The notes: generated from the sequence alone by a model not told the origin. 42,529 nucleotides of DNA from a virus (IMGVR_UViG_3300042334_000755:1-42529); one strand, 5' to 3'. Numbered from the stretch's first letter, positions 1 through 9,592 are shown. Made by a program: numbers and translations.

Positions 1-279
1 AGCTGGCTTAGGAGCTGGACTAGGGACTGGTGATGGACTTGGTGCTGACTTAGGCGATGGACTAGGCGATGGACTAGGGACTGGTGATGGACTTGGTGCT
101 GGCTTAGGCGATGGACTAGGAGCTGGCTTAGGAGCTGGACTAGGGACTGGTGATGGACTAGGCGATGGACTAGGCGATGGACTAGGAGCTGGCTTAGGCG
201 ATGGACTAGGGACTGGTGATGGACTTGGTGCTGGCGATGGACTAGGAGCTGGTGATGGACTAGGAGCTGGCTTAGGCGA
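1..279 (-). repeat. Coding tandem repeat of X-Pro dipeptides (SP/AP/KP/VP), about 93 codons visible
   Basis: Shuffled 6-nt units (ggact, aggagct, ggtgat, ggctt) that translate as [15 protein letters not shown] on the minus strand. Confidence 0.9.
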
Positions 280-594
280 AATGGCCGCAAGTTGTTTGGC
301 TTTTCTCTGTTGAGCCAATTGTTGAGCGGCAGGACTATTCATAATATCTTTACCAGATTGTCCTAGTTGAGTAGTAGCAGATGTAGTTGTTGACGTAGAG
401 GGTACGACTACTCCAGATTTAATCGCAGATTGTAACGAAGAAGATAATTGATTTAAAAAATCTTTACGACCATATTCTTTTATTTTTTCATCTCGCACTT
501 TATTATTTTCATCTTTGGATCTAAATTTACTAGCTATAGCTGAACCTAGACCCTCAGTAACATGTTTTGAGTTTGATAAATCACTGATTTTCAT
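1..594 (-). CDS. Pro/Ser-rich repeat protein, probable virion protein (3' end runs off the window; not in ORF track)
   Basis: ATG at 594 overlaps the TAA of the upstream gene (TAATG). Manual translation is open to base 1: [24 protein letters not shown]...[19 protein letters not shown]... Confidence 0.85.
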   Translation of the reverse strand, partial: MKISDLSNSKHVTEGLGSAIASKFRSKDENNKVRDEKIKEYGRKDFLNQLSSSLQSAIKSGVVVPSTSTTTSATTQLGQSGKDIMNSPAAQQLAQQRKAKQLAAISPKPAPSPSPAPSPSPAPSPSPVPSPSPKPAPSPSPSPSPSPSPVPSPAPKPAPSPSPKPAPSPSPVPSPSPSPSPKSAPSPSPVPSPAPKPA

Positions 595-839
595 TATTGA
601 CCTTTTGATCTTTTAAGACTTTTAGAAAACTTCTCTGTATCACGATTTTTAATCGCAATCAATAGTTTCTTTTCTAAAATTGCAGCCTGTTCTTCACTAT
701 AATTACGATCAATTACTTCAAGTAAATGAATAGCAGAATTGATGATATTGTTAGCACGAGATTCAATGATATGTGTGGTATCACGATTCTCAGCCACATA
801 TTCTAATTCTTCAAGAAGACTACGAGTATTTTTTTTCAT
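594..839 (-). CDS. Hypothetical phage protein (about 81 aa)
   Basis: ORF track 594..842; second ATG (839) lies 7 nt after a TAAATA box, matching the spacing at four other genes. Confidence 0.75.
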   Translation of the reverse strand: MKKNTRSLLEELEYVAENRDTTHIIESRANNIINSAIHLLEVIDRNYSEEQAAILEKKLLIAIKNRDTEKFSKSLKRSKGQ

Positions 840-846
840 CATACTG

Positions 847-852
847 TATTTA
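847..852 (-). promoter_or_regulatory. T4-late-like promoter box TAAATA
   Basis: GATAAATA-CAGTATG-ATG, with no SD. Confidence 0.65.
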
Positions 853-863
853 TCTCAGAACTC

Positions 864-2282
864 TTATTGTTTAGTCTTTATCTGATTTAATAAAGCGTTT
901 AATTTACTAGATTGTACGTTTGCCACAACTTTTTTTGCAGAATCTACATTTTCAGTCACTTCACCAGTTGAAGGATCAATGATTTGACTGGATGTCTTGA
1001 TCTTATTCAATAAACTACTAGCACTAGATACCGGCGCTTGACCATCTCCATTACTACCATCATCAAAAATTTTCAATGTATTAACATCAAACTGCAAATC
1101 AATCTTTTGACCTACACCACTACTACTACGAGTCTTCATCAATTGTATCTGATATTGACCACGCTCACGCATACTACGACTAGTAAAGATACCAAATACA
1201 TTATCAGCCGTATTGATTTTACTAATACCACCTGAAATATGACTATGATCAAATTCAACTTCTTCAACTGCACTACGATTTAACTGTGATGCCGTTACAA
1301 ACAATACATTAAGTTCTTTGGCCAAATTACGTAATTCTTCTGATACATATTTGTCTTTAATAAATAAATCACTTGGACTAACTTTTGTACTAACTGGCAT
1401 TAACAAGTCCAAATAGTCAACACATAAGAAATCAATCTTTACATCATATTCCATTTGTAAAGTTTTGATATAGGCTCTCATATCATTAACTGTACTTTGT
1501 GCTGGCATATATTTAATCCAGAATTTACCAGATTTCTTACTTGCCATTTTGACTTTCAATTCAACATCATCAACATGTTTAAATACATCACGAGTGGCAA
1601 CATCAGTAATCATACTGTCAATACGCCATGCAGTTAATTCTTCACTTAATTCAAGTGTAATATATACACCATTAAATCCAGCTTGTGCCCAATTGGCACT
1701 TAAGTTTTGCATAAACAATGATTTACCACTTCCAGATCCACCAGCAAAGATTTGAAGTTCTCCACGATTAAATCCACCATAGAGTTTATTATCTAATACT
1801 GGCCAACCAGTACTGATCTGACCATTGTTGTTCTTAATTGACATTAATCTGGCTCTTGGATCAGCAAAGTAATCTGTACCCATGTTCTTTGTCAATGAGA
1901 TTTGAACCGCATCTTTGATCATCTTTTCAACTGGATCAAAGTTACCTTTCTCCAATAGATCATAACTCTTGACAATAGCTCGTTCTAATTCTTGTCTACG
2001 AGTAAACTTTTCAAACTCATCTAAAAACCATTCAACATCACTATCTCTCATTCCTGGAATTACTTCTAACTGAACACCAGTAGTAGCATGAATCTGTGCA
2101 CTATCAGGTATAGCATTATATTTCTCACTGAATTCCATGATAAACTTTGCCGCAGATTTTAATCCCTTGTCAAAGTTTTCACTATTCATAATGTTACTGA
2201 CTCTAGTATATAACTGAGCATCAGTCATCATCATTCGTAAAAATAATTCTTGTATTTCTCTTGTATATTCAACTTGGGTCAT
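864..2282 (-). CDS. dnaB: Replicative DNA helicase, DnaB/T4 gp41 type
   Basis: Walker A GGSGSGKS, ITLELSEE, Walker B VDYLDL, TASQLNR and MKTR motifs; next to primase. Confidence 0.92.
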   Translation of the reverse strand: MTQVEYTREIQELFLRMMMTDAQLYTRVSNIMNSENFDKGLKSAAKFIMEFSEKYNAIPDSAQIHATTGVQLEVIPGMRDSDVEWFLDEFEKFTRRQELERAIVKSYDLLEKGNFDPVEKMIKDAVQISLTKNMGTDYFADPRARLMSIKNNNGQISTGWPVLDNKLYGGFNRGELQIFAGGSGSGKSLFMQNLSANWAQAGFNGVYITLELSEELTAWRIDSMITDVATRDVFKHVDDVELKVKMASKKSGKFWIKYMPAQSTVNDMRAYIKTLQMEYDVKIDFLCVDYLDLLMPVSTKVSPSDLFIKDKYVSEELRNLAKELNVLFVTASQLNRSAVEEVEFDHSHISGGISKINTADNVFGIFTSRSMRERGQYQIQLMKTRSSSGVGQKIDLQFDVNTLKIFDDGSNGDGQAPVSSASSLLNKIKTSSQIIDPSTGEVTENVDSAKKVVANVQSSKLNALLNQIKTKQ

Positions 2283-3271
2283 TTAAATCGTTTTCTCATC
2301 ATTTCAATTTTTATCTTGTTCGTTGTTTCATGTTGTAGTATACTTAGTAGAGTTGGTAGTCTTCCATAGAATTTAACTGCATCGTTTACATCTTTTATAT
2401 CATCATTCCATGGTGGTATACTAACTGAATAATTTAACTCTAACGCTCTATCACAAATGTTCATACCAGTTTTGTCTCTATCTGGAACAACAATGATTTT
2501 TCTGTATAACTTACGTAAAATGGCAGCCTGTTCATCAAGTATAGTATTGCCCATAACGGCACAACCACCAATACTAATAGCATCAAACTGACCTTCAACT
2601 ACAATACAAACTTCCCAATCTTTTTGTTGACCATCTATATTAAAAACAAAACCACGTTGTTGTTCGGATATATACTTAGGCTTACGATCATCTAGAAATC
2701 TACTAGTATTACCAACTAATTGTTCCTGATAATAATAGGGAATAATTATTCTATTTTTGTTTCTTCCTTCCGCCTCTGGTGTAATATAAAATCTATAATC
2801 ATCTAATTCAATAGAACGAGATTTTAAATAATCAATATATACTTGATGAGTAGCATCAGTAGAATCAATTCTTTCACTATATTCTGGTAAGTCTACTGAA
2901 TGAAAATTAGCCATGAAGAAGTTTGACTTTTTACTGAATCTGGCTAGAGTATTATCTTCACGAACTTTCAATGTTTCCATCATTAGACGATCAATAGTAG
3001 GTTGATCTGCGCCCATCCAATCTAATAATTGTTTGAATCTTTCTGATAATAAATGACCAGATGAATAACCAGTTTTAAATCCACAATTGAAACAACTGTA
3101 ATTTACTTTTTCATCACTGATTATTAAACCAGCACGACCACGAGTATCTGCAGTTTCACCATTATGATGACAACATACACCATTACCAGACAACCAACCT
3201 CCTGCCGAACGTTTAATACGTCTTCCATTTTGCCATAAACTTATGATGGTTTCAATTACAGTATTGGTCAT
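2279..3271 (-). CDS. dnaG: DNA primase, DnaG/gp61 type
   Basis: N-terminal Zn-binding CCHH...CFNC, RIIIPY, TOPRIM motifs VEGQFD and PDRD, C-terminal KDVND. Confidence 0.88.
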   Translation of the reverse strand: MTNTVIETIISLWQNGRRIKRSAGGWLSGNGVCCHHNGETADTRGRAGLIISDEKVNYSCFNCGFKTGYSSGHLLSERFKQLLDWMGADQPTIDRLMMETLKVREDNTLARFSKKSNFFMANFHSVDLPEYSERIDSTDATHQVYIDYLKSRSIELDDYRFYITPEAEGRNKNRIIIPYYYQEQLVGNTSRFLDDRKPKYISEQQRGFVFNIDGQQKDWEVCIVVEGQFDAISIGGCAVMGNTILDEQAAILRKLYRKIIVVPDRDKTGMNICDRALELNYSVSIPPWNDDIKDVNDAVKFYGRLPTLLSILQHETTNKIKIEMMRKRFK

Positions 3272-3277
3272 ATTAAT

Positions 3278-3311
3278 AAAAAATAAAAGTCATAGTATAT
3301 TATACTATGAC
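3278..3311 (-). terminator. Intrinsic terminator of the 3341..4144 gene, overlapping the primase -10 box
   Basis: GTCATAGTAT-AAT-ATACTATGAC perfect stem followed by TTTTATTTTTT on the minus strand. Confidence 0.65.
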
Positions 3312-3327
3312 CTGTGAAAAAAATCAA
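3299..3327 (-). promoter_or_regulatory. sigma70-type promoter for primase-helicase
   Basis: TTGATT (3327-3322), 17 nt spacer, TATAAT (3304-3299). Confidence 0.65.
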
Positions 3328-3340
3328 TTGTATTGGATAC

Positions 3341-4144
3341 TTATCTAGCCAATATTTCTACTACATCACCTTGAAGAAAACTAGTATTTGGTATAACTGG
3401 ATATGTTCCAGTATTGACAATCATCATTCTAACAAAAGGATGATATCCTTGAACATTAAATCCTTCAGTGATTGTTTCTGCTGTATAACTAACTGAAGCA
3501 GCAAGAGGATACCATAAACTAAAATCTCCAAGAGTACTACCTTGTAATTGAATATTACCAGTAAAGTTTTCAAAAGTTACTTGAAGTGATAATACAGGAG
3601 CTTCAGCCGTATTAATATAACTACTATAGTATGTCACTGGTTGACCTGAACTTAATGGTGGTACATGACTTGGAATAGTTACTACTTTACTTGGTACAAA
3701 TGATGGTAATACACTATTAACAATTCTAATTATACCACGTGCACCACCTTGACTATCTACAAATACTGGATAGTCAAATGTATCAATTGGTATTTCTAAA
3801 CTATAATAACAATATTGAGTATTAATGTTTTCAATATCATCTTTAGTTAATGATAAACTGGTTAATCCAGTAACTGGTAGCACTGGTGTTAATGTCTTTT
3901 GTATAAGAATAGCAGTGCCATCAGCGTTCAATATTCTGCAAGTTATAACTTTACCACTAATATTAACTGGTTTTTGATTTTGATTGATGAACGAAAATTC
4001 AAGCAGATTGTCCACGCCGCGACTGATTATTAGGTCTTTAGAATACACTTTTTCATAACTCCTTTGTGCGCCATCTGGTGAACGTTCCAATAAAACCACC
4101 AGCTGGCGTTGATTGTATAAATAAACTTGTGTCTGAGCTGTCAC
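3341..4144 (-). CDS. Probable virion structural protein (beta-rich, baseplate-like)
   Basis: 267 aa ORF, GTG start with AAAGGA SD, late TAAATA box at 4171-4176; beta-strand-rich composition; function is inference. Confidence 0.55.
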   Translation of the reverse strand: MTAQTQVYLYNQRQLVVLLERSPDGAQRSYEKVYSKDLIISRGVDNLLEFSFINQNQKPVNISGKVITCRILNADGTAILIQKTLTPVLPVTGLTSLSLTKDDIENINTQYCYYSLEIPIDTFDYPVFVDSQGGARGIIRIVNSVLPSFVPSKVVTIPSHVPPLSSGQPVTYYSSYINTAEAPVLSLQVTFENFTGNIQLQGSTLGDFSLWYPLAASVSYTAETITEGFNVQGYHPFVRMMIVNTGTYPVIPNTSFLQGDVVEILAR

Positions 4145-4183
4145 AATAATATGTCCTTTACTCTATAGATTATTTATCAATAC

Positions 4184-4561
4184 ATGGTCAATGAATTTTT
4201 TCAGAAATTAAGCGCGAATCACCCGTTCATTACGGTTTGTACCTATGCAAATCTAGAATACGTTGGGATTATACAAAATAAAGATGATGTTGTTACTACA
4301 TTGTATGACTATGGTAGTATTGTTGAACATGATTTAAAGATATTATTCTTAGAATTAGGTGAAAATTGGTGGTGGGAAAGTAATAGATTGATACCAATTA
4401 ATATATTTCTCAGAGATGATTGGTCAGTATTCAGACCCTATCTAAAAACATTCAATAATAAAGGGTTAAATGTATTACATGGCCCAACAACCAGTTTAAA
4501 TGAACTGGCAAAAAAACGAATTAAACGTAGAAGTATTACTCTAGTTAAAAAGATGCTCTGA
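4184..4561 (+). CDS. Hypothetical phage protein (125 aa)
   Basis: Fills the gap between two minus-strand genes; WWWESNR.IPINIFL segment; plus-strand TATAAATA at 4116-4123. Confidence 0.75.
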   Translation: MVNEFFQKLSANHPFITVCTYANLEYVGIIQNKDDVVTTLYDYGSIVEHDLKILFLELGENWWWESNRLIPINIFLRDDWSVFRPYLKTFNNKGLNVLHGPTTSLNELAKKRIKRRSITLVKKML

Positions 4562-5152
4562 TAATTGATGTACAGTTGGATCTTGTTCTAACAAATTCAT
4601 ATGAATTCCTACCAAATGAGCATAAGCACAGGAATGTGACTTCTTGAATGAATAACTTTCTTCATCTTTATCCCAAATTGTTTTACTAATCTCTTTCCAT
4701 GTTTTACCAATTAAATGTTTTTTTCCTGGTCTAATCAATGAAATAAACATAGATAATCTTGGTATACTATTAATTGGTTCTGGAATTTTTAACATAGTTT
4801 CATAATGATAAGAATTACCAATCTGAATCAATTTGTCAAAGAATTCACGATCTTGTAATTTTAACCAATTTGGTTCTTTCATCAATTCAATTAAATGCGA
4901 TTCATCTTTGATTAGTTTATATAACCAAACGTTTAATAAATCTAATTTAATATATCCACGATTTTCACATTCAGTATAATCAATTGAAGTCATATCATAA
5001 GAAGAATCATAGGGTATATCAGTTACATATATACCACTACCATGTTTACGAATGGGTGATACATTTCTCATAGCCGCACTAGTATATTCAATATGTTCTA
5101 ATAATATATTACGATCACCAAAATCTAAATCAATATCGGCACTAAATTTCAT
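4541..5152 (-). CDS. dnaE: DNA polymerase III alpha-like (DnaE) catalytic fragment, C-terminal half of split mini-DnaE
   Basis: ADIDLDF (cf. PDFDVDF), KHGSGIYV, GYIKLDLLN (cf. KFDFLG), SLIRPG, YSFKKSHSCAYA (cf. YGFNKSHSAAYA). Confidence 0.85.
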   Translation of the reverse strand: MKFSADIDLDFGDRNILLEHIEYTSAAMRNVSPIRKHGSGIYVTDIPYDSSYDMTSIDYTECENRGYIKLDLLNVWLYKLIKDESHLIELMKEPNWLKLQDREFFDKLIQIGNSYHYETMLKIPEPINSIPRLSMFISLIRPGKKHLIGKTWKEISKTIWDKDEESYSFKKSHSCAYAHLVGIHMNLLEQDPTVHQLSEHLFN

Positions 5153-5856
5153 AAACCCTCAATTTGAGCAATAACTGAATTAATCATTTTTGTTTCTTCA
5201 TTATCACGTTTGAATTTAATATTCCAACGTTCTGGATCAATATATGGATAGATAAGATTTCGTTGATCATCATTTAATCTACTTAAAAATTCTACACCAG
5301 TTTTACTTTGATATACCATCCATGGACTAATTTTACCATTGACTATCTGATAACATAATTTATTTACATTAACATATTTAAATACATCACGTAATTGTAG
5401 ATTTTCATTTTCGCTTAGTGTTAACATATTATCTACTGAACGTTTGACAGCTAACATACCATCTTCACTTCTAAGATGTAGAATCAAATATTTTGTATAT
5501 ACTTTATCACTATTCCAATTATCTAGTGGTGTATTATCTTTAAGTAGTTGGTTCACATATCCTAGTGGATCAACTACTGAAGCTTCTACACAATACAAAC
5601 CAAACTTGACAAAACCAACATAATAAGCACTGCCAATAAAGTCAATATATTCCTTTTTCTTTTTAAATGGTTGAATTGTTTTATAGAATTTAAGCCAAGA
5701 TTCATATGCAATTCTATTAGCGGGTTTATCTTTTTCTTGCCAACGTCTTTTCTGCTCACATAAATGTTTGAGCAAATTGCCAGGTTTTACAAAATTTCTT
5801 TTGCAATGTTCACAGCGATATTCTTCTGACTGTTCAGTTTCCACTTTCTCTTTCAT
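5149..5856 (-). CDS. Hypothetical protein with N-terminal zinc finger
   Basis: YRCEHCKRNFVKPGNLLKHLCE fits C-x2-C-x3-F-x5-L-x2-H. Confidence 0.7.
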   Translation of the reverse strand: MKEKVETEQSEEYRCEHCKRNFVKPGNLLKHLCEQKRRWQEKDKPANRIAYESWLKFYKTIQPFKKKKEYIDFIGSAYYVGFVKFGLYCVEASVVDPLGYVNQLLKDNTPLDNWNSDKVYTKYLILHLRSEDGMLAVKRSVDNMLTLSENENLQLRDVFKYVNVNKLCYQIVNGKISPWMVYQSKTGVEFLSRLNDDQRNLIYPYIDPERWNIKFKRDNEETKMINSVIAQIEGL

Positions 5857-6427
5857 AGTCTTTGATATCTTCTTCTGATATTAGTTCGCCCATTAAGTTC
5901 AAATCTGCTCGTTTCATATTAGGAAACATTTCTGCCAATTTGAATAAATGACGTTGTGTGTTAGTATATTGAACACTGACTTCTTCTAATACATCAGGCT
6001 TTAATCCAGAATATATTTTAGAAAAGTATTCTTTAACATCTTTTTTAACTGCTTTATCTTTTAACTCAATCACTTTTGGTTTCATATGTGGAATCCAAGC
6101 GTGTTTTTGATTACCAATTCCTGGACTAGCAGAACATAACATTAACCATTGTAATTCAGGATGATCTTTAACATGTTCGTTAAACAAATATTTATTAACA
6201 TATTCGTTTGTACTACCCAAATAATATTCTGCCACTGGCCCATTTTTTGTTACAGAACTAACCCAATGAGTCATCATATATGGTACAAATTTCTTTTTCT
6301 GATCTTCAGTAAGATTTTTATACCAGTTATAATTCTTTGAATCAATAGCAGATAGTGCTTTAAATAAATCAAAGTCTTGATTGGTAAATTTCTCATCTAC
6401 TGAAACTGCTGGTTTTTTAGTTGCCAT
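5834..6427 (-). CDS. Hypothetical protein, possibly gp62-like clamp loader subunit
   Basis: 197 aa; KKFVPYMMTHWVSS...NEYVN...LQWLML...W pattern recalls T4-like gp62; weak recognition. Confidence 0.45.
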   Translation of the reverse strand: MATKKPAVSVDEKFTNQDFDLFKALSAIDSKNYNWYKNLTEDQKKKFVPYMMTHWVSSVTKNGPVAEYYLGSTNEYVNKYLFNEHVKDHPELQWLMLCSASPGIGNQKHAWIPHMKPKVIELKDKAVKKDVKEYFSKIYSGLKPDVLEEVSVQYTNTQRHLFKLAEMFPNMKRADLNLMGELISEEDIKDYERESGN

Positions 6428-6927
6428 TAAAATGCCTGTGAGTAGTCCACAATTTCACAATTACGACTGATTTCTTTTACAAAATATATACAACGTGGTT
6501 TTTGATCTTCTTCAATTGGTACACATAAGAATTGTCCATTCTTTAATCTAGGTGCATACCATGTTACATCATGATACACATCTAAGATTTCAATGTCAAG
6601 AAAACTGGGTCTAAATCCACTTAATGGATTAAATTCAAATGCTCTAAATCCACGATCATTGATACTGGTTAATGGTAGAGTTTCTAAATCACCCATCTCA
6701 CTTTCACCAATAAGAATTTGCCAATCTAACGGCATCTTAATAGTACAATCTCCAATACGTAATACTAATGCCGGACTATTAAAACTTTCTAAAAATATTA
6801 GAGGAATATAATGATAATCTACATTTTGTGGATTACTATTATCTAATATGGCAAATCTAAGATCATCTATTTCTTCTGGTAGATTTTCCAGATTGTAAGA
6901 GCAATTGTCTAATGTTAAAATCTTAAT
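6427..6927 (-). CDS. Hypothetical phage protein (166 aa) with probable ATT start
   Basis: Frame of the 102-aa ORF is open upstream to TAA at 6954-6952. GGAG SD (6938-6935) lies 7 nt before ATT (6927), giving (M)KILTLDNCSYNLENLPEEIDDLRFAILDNS... Confidence 0.7.
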   Translation of the reverse strand: MKILTLDNCSYNLENLPEEIDDLRFAILDNSNPQNVDYHYIPLIFLESFNSPALVLRIGDCTIKMPLDWQILIGESEMGDLETLPLTSINDRGFRAFEFNPLSGFRPSFLDIEILDVYHDVTWYAPRLKNGQFLCVPIEEDQKPRCIYFVKEISRNCEIVDYSQAF

Positions 6928-6948
6928 TTTATTTCTCCAATAGTAAAC

Positions 6949-6977
6949 ATTTTACTATATAGGCGATGATTTGTCAA
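6949..6977 (-). promoter_or_regulatory. sigma70-type promoter
   Basis: TTGACA (6977-6972), N17, TAAAAT (6954-6949). Confidence 0.75.
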
Positions 6978-7000
6978 GTGATTATGGATATTTGTCATAA

Positions 7001-8458
7001 TCATCTATATTTGAATTTCTCTATCGTGAAGGGATAGTTTGCTTCACGATAAAACTCTTTTCGTTTAGTTAAATGACGTTTAGCAAATCTACAACTACTG
7101 GTTAGATCCCAAATTTGAACGAAATCTTTATCTTCCGCTTTTCTAATACCACGTCCAATACTCTGAATAACTCTTGTGAAACTTTTTCCAGATTCAACCA
7201 TAACCAAATTAAAAATTCTTGGTATGTTAAGTCCAACTGCAGCAATACCATATGTGGCAATAATTACTTTATCATCACTGGTTGCTACTTCATCATACTC
7301 AACTTTTCTAACTTTTGTTTTATCTTTACCACTCAGAAATACACTATTAGGTATTCTAGCAGCCAATTCATGTCCAGCAGCCACACGATCAACCAAGATC
7401 AATGTATTACCAGTTTCAATAATCTTTTCTATAATCAAACTAAGAGCATCAAGTCTATTTCTATCTTCAAGTAAATGTTTAAGTTCAGATTGATAATCAC
7501 CAAATTCTAATTCATCTTGTAGTTGTACAATGTTAACATGACACTTGGATAATACATTCTTTTCTTGTAACTCTGAGGCTGATAATTTATTAATTACTGA
7601 ACCAATACTAACCATTAAAGCAGCATAAGCATATTTGTCTTTGGGAATTGTACCGGTTAATCCCCAACGAATTGGTATCTGTGAGAATACACCAGTAAGT
7701 AATGTCTTAAGAGCATCTGCCTTAGCCATATGAACTTCATCTACCATAACCAATACTACATCTTCAATAAATTCTTGAATAGTTATATTTGCCGTACCGT
7801 CTTTGGTATTCTTCAATAGATTGTTTAAACTTTGCCATGTACATATTGTATGTTTACGACCAAACTCTTTACGATCACCATAATATACACCAACATCTAG
7901 ACCTAAATTAATATAATCTGCCTCTGTTTGTGTAACTAAATCTTTGTTTGGTACAATTACAATTGATCTACCATATGGTTCTACTCTATAAGACAGAGCG
8001 GCAGTCATAAGAGTTTTACCAGCACCAGTGGCAATTTCTTGTAATGATTGTGGATTGGCCAAAAAGTTATTGACAATTGCAATTTGATAGTCACGTAGAA
8101 TTACAGGTTGACCTTCACGTTCATGACCTTTGGGCCAGAATTTACCATCAAATGTATGTTCATCTACTAAATCAAATGAGAATGTGGTATTATAATCTCT
8201 AGTATCTATTAGTTCAACATCATAGTTTCGTTGATCTAGATATTCTAGTATATCGGGTAATAGATTAATGTATGTGGATCCACTCAATTGAAAATAGGAT
8301 ACTTTCCCATTCCAACGACCCAATCGGACACTTGGTTGATATCGTGCGCCAGGAATTTCATACTCAAACATTTTGACCAACGCTCTACGATCAACAACAT
8401 CCAAGTCTTCAATTTTTACGTTTACTTCATCTTTAATTATTAATTTACACTGTCTCAT
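7001..8458 (-). CDS. uvsW: Superfamily 2 DNA helicase, UvsW-like
   Basis: LRDYQ, ATGAGKT, DEVH, GLTGT, QSIGRGIR motifs. Confidence 0.9.
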   Translation of the reverse strand: MRQCKLIIKDEVNVKIEDLDVVDRRALVKMFEYEIPGARYQPSVRLGRWNGKVSYFQLSGSTYINLLPDILEYLDQRNYDVELIDTRDYNTTFSFDLVDEHTFDGKFWPKGHEREGQPVILRDYQIAIVNNFLANPQSLQEIATGAGKTLMTAALSYRVEPYGRSIVIVPNKDLVTQTEADYINLGLDVGVYYGDRKEFGRKHTICTWQSLNNLLKNTKDGTANITIQEFIEDVVLVMVDEVHMAKADALKTLLTGVFSQIPIRWGLTGTIPKDKYAYAALMVSIGSVINKLSASELQEKNVLSKCHVNIVQLQDELEFGDYQSELKHLLEDRNRLDALSLIIEKIIETGNTLILVDRVAAGHELAARIPNSVFLSGKDKTKVRKVEYDEVATSDDKVIIATYGIAAVGLNIPRIFNLVMVESGKSFTRVIQSIGRGIRKAEDKDFVQIWDLTSSCRFAKRHLTKRKEFYREANYPFTIEKFKYR

Positions 8459-8465
8459 AGTAAGT

Positions 8466-8494
8466 ATTATACTTATCTTATTATACTATGTCAA
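8466..8494 (-). promoter_or_regulatory. Consensus sigma70 promoter, probably leaderless uvsW mRNA
   Basis: TTGACA (8494-8489), N17, TATAAT (8471-8466), 7 nt, ATG (8458). Confidence 0.8.
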
Positions 8495-8508
8495 GTGATT
8501 AGGCAAAC

Positions 8509-8534
8509 AAAAGCCCCAATTAAGGGGCTTTTTT
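8509..8534. terminator. Intrinsic terminator, likely bidirectional
   Basis: aaaagcccc-aattaa-ggggcttttt. Confidence 0.85.
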
Positions 8535-8548
8535 GACACTAGATAAAA

Positions 8549-9592
8549 CTAGCTATTGGTAGTACATGTATTCATAGCGAGATTTTTCCAATCAGTTGAA
8601 TCCACTTTCATCAGATCGGCAATTTTAAGTGCCATACGTAAAGATACTTCACGAAGAACACTACGATTTTCCCACATGAAATCCAAAACTTGATCACCCT
8701 CATTGGATTCAAAATCATATTCATTGAACAAACCACCATCAGCATCACGATGAACCTGACGAATACGTAACATACGATCACGTACAGTGTTAATGGTCAA
8801 ATCCAGATAGTGACAACGTGATTGGAGTGCCTCAACGTGAGCGGCAATTTTACCACGAGCTGTACTGAAATTCAAGTTAGTGATGAAAATGACACTACCA
8901 TTGAAATCAAAACTTGGTGGAATTCCTTCTTCACGAAGTTTACGTGAGTCAGTGTTCCAGAAAATCTTGCGACGTTTGCCACTATCCAATGCGGCTTTCA
9001 GAATGTTAAGCGCATCTTCATCATGGAAAATATCACAATCGTCAAACACTAAGACGTTTTTACGATCACTAAATTTGTACAGAGTGGCATATAAACCCAA
9101 GGCTGACATGGCGCCCTTGACAATTTCGTAACGAGGTTTTTTTCCAGCAATTAAGTCCCACGATTCGTATTTTGACAATTGTTGTTCAACGCCAAATGAT
9201 TTACCAACTCCCGGTGGGCCCGATACGATCAAGGCACGAATATCACTACTAACACAGGCATTTGACATTTTTTCTAGAATAGAAAAGCGAGTGGCAATGC
9301 GATTCATGGCATCTTCATCAGATTCCGCTGGAACTTCTGGTTCTTGTACGGCGGGAATAAAACTTGACACTTGTGTTGATACAGATTTGCGCCCAGTTTC
9401 CAACACTTCAATGGCGCTTGGATTGGGTACATCAATATAACACAACTTTGATTTAGTTGGAAGTTGACCTGAATTTTTCACTTGAATACGCCCATCTTTA
9501 TTTGACGTAAGCGGGCGTGCCAAAGTGAAAACAGTGTTTTCAAATTTGAAGTCTTTATAAGTACCGCTGGTAACACGAATTGAAGTAGCCAT
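8549..9592 (-). CDS. P-loop AAA-type ATPase of unknown function
   Basis: Walker A GPPGVGKS, Walker B VLVFDDCD, sensor-1 IFITN, arginine finger ALQSR. Confidence 0.8.
   Translation of the reverse strand: MATSIRVTSGTYKDFKFENTVFTLARPLTSNKDGRIQVKNSGQLPTKSKLCYIDVPNPSAIEVLETGRKSVSTQVSSFIPAVQEPEVPAESDEDAMNRIATRFSILEKMSNACVSSDIRALIVSGPPGVGKSFGVEQQLSKYESWDLIAGKKPRYEIVKGAMSALGLYATLYKFSDRKNVLVFDDCDIFHDEDALNILKAALDSGKRRKIFWNTDSRKLREEGIPPSFDFNGSVIFITNLNFSTARGKIAAHVEALQSRCHYLDLTINTVRDRMLRIRQVHRDADGGLFNEYDFESNEGDQVLDFMWENRSVLREVSLRMALKIADLMKVDSTDWKNLAMNTCTTNS

Noticed and set aside
1-279. Repeat array that might be CRISPR or an origin iteron set
   Set aside because: No constant repeat with unique spacers; units are in-frame codon pairs of an open Pro-rich ORF
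4541-5152. Split-intein or intron explanation for the broken dnaE
   Set aside because: No Cys/Ser-initiated intein N-part after the N-fragment and no His-Asn junction before DIDLDF; both halves have normal starts and stops
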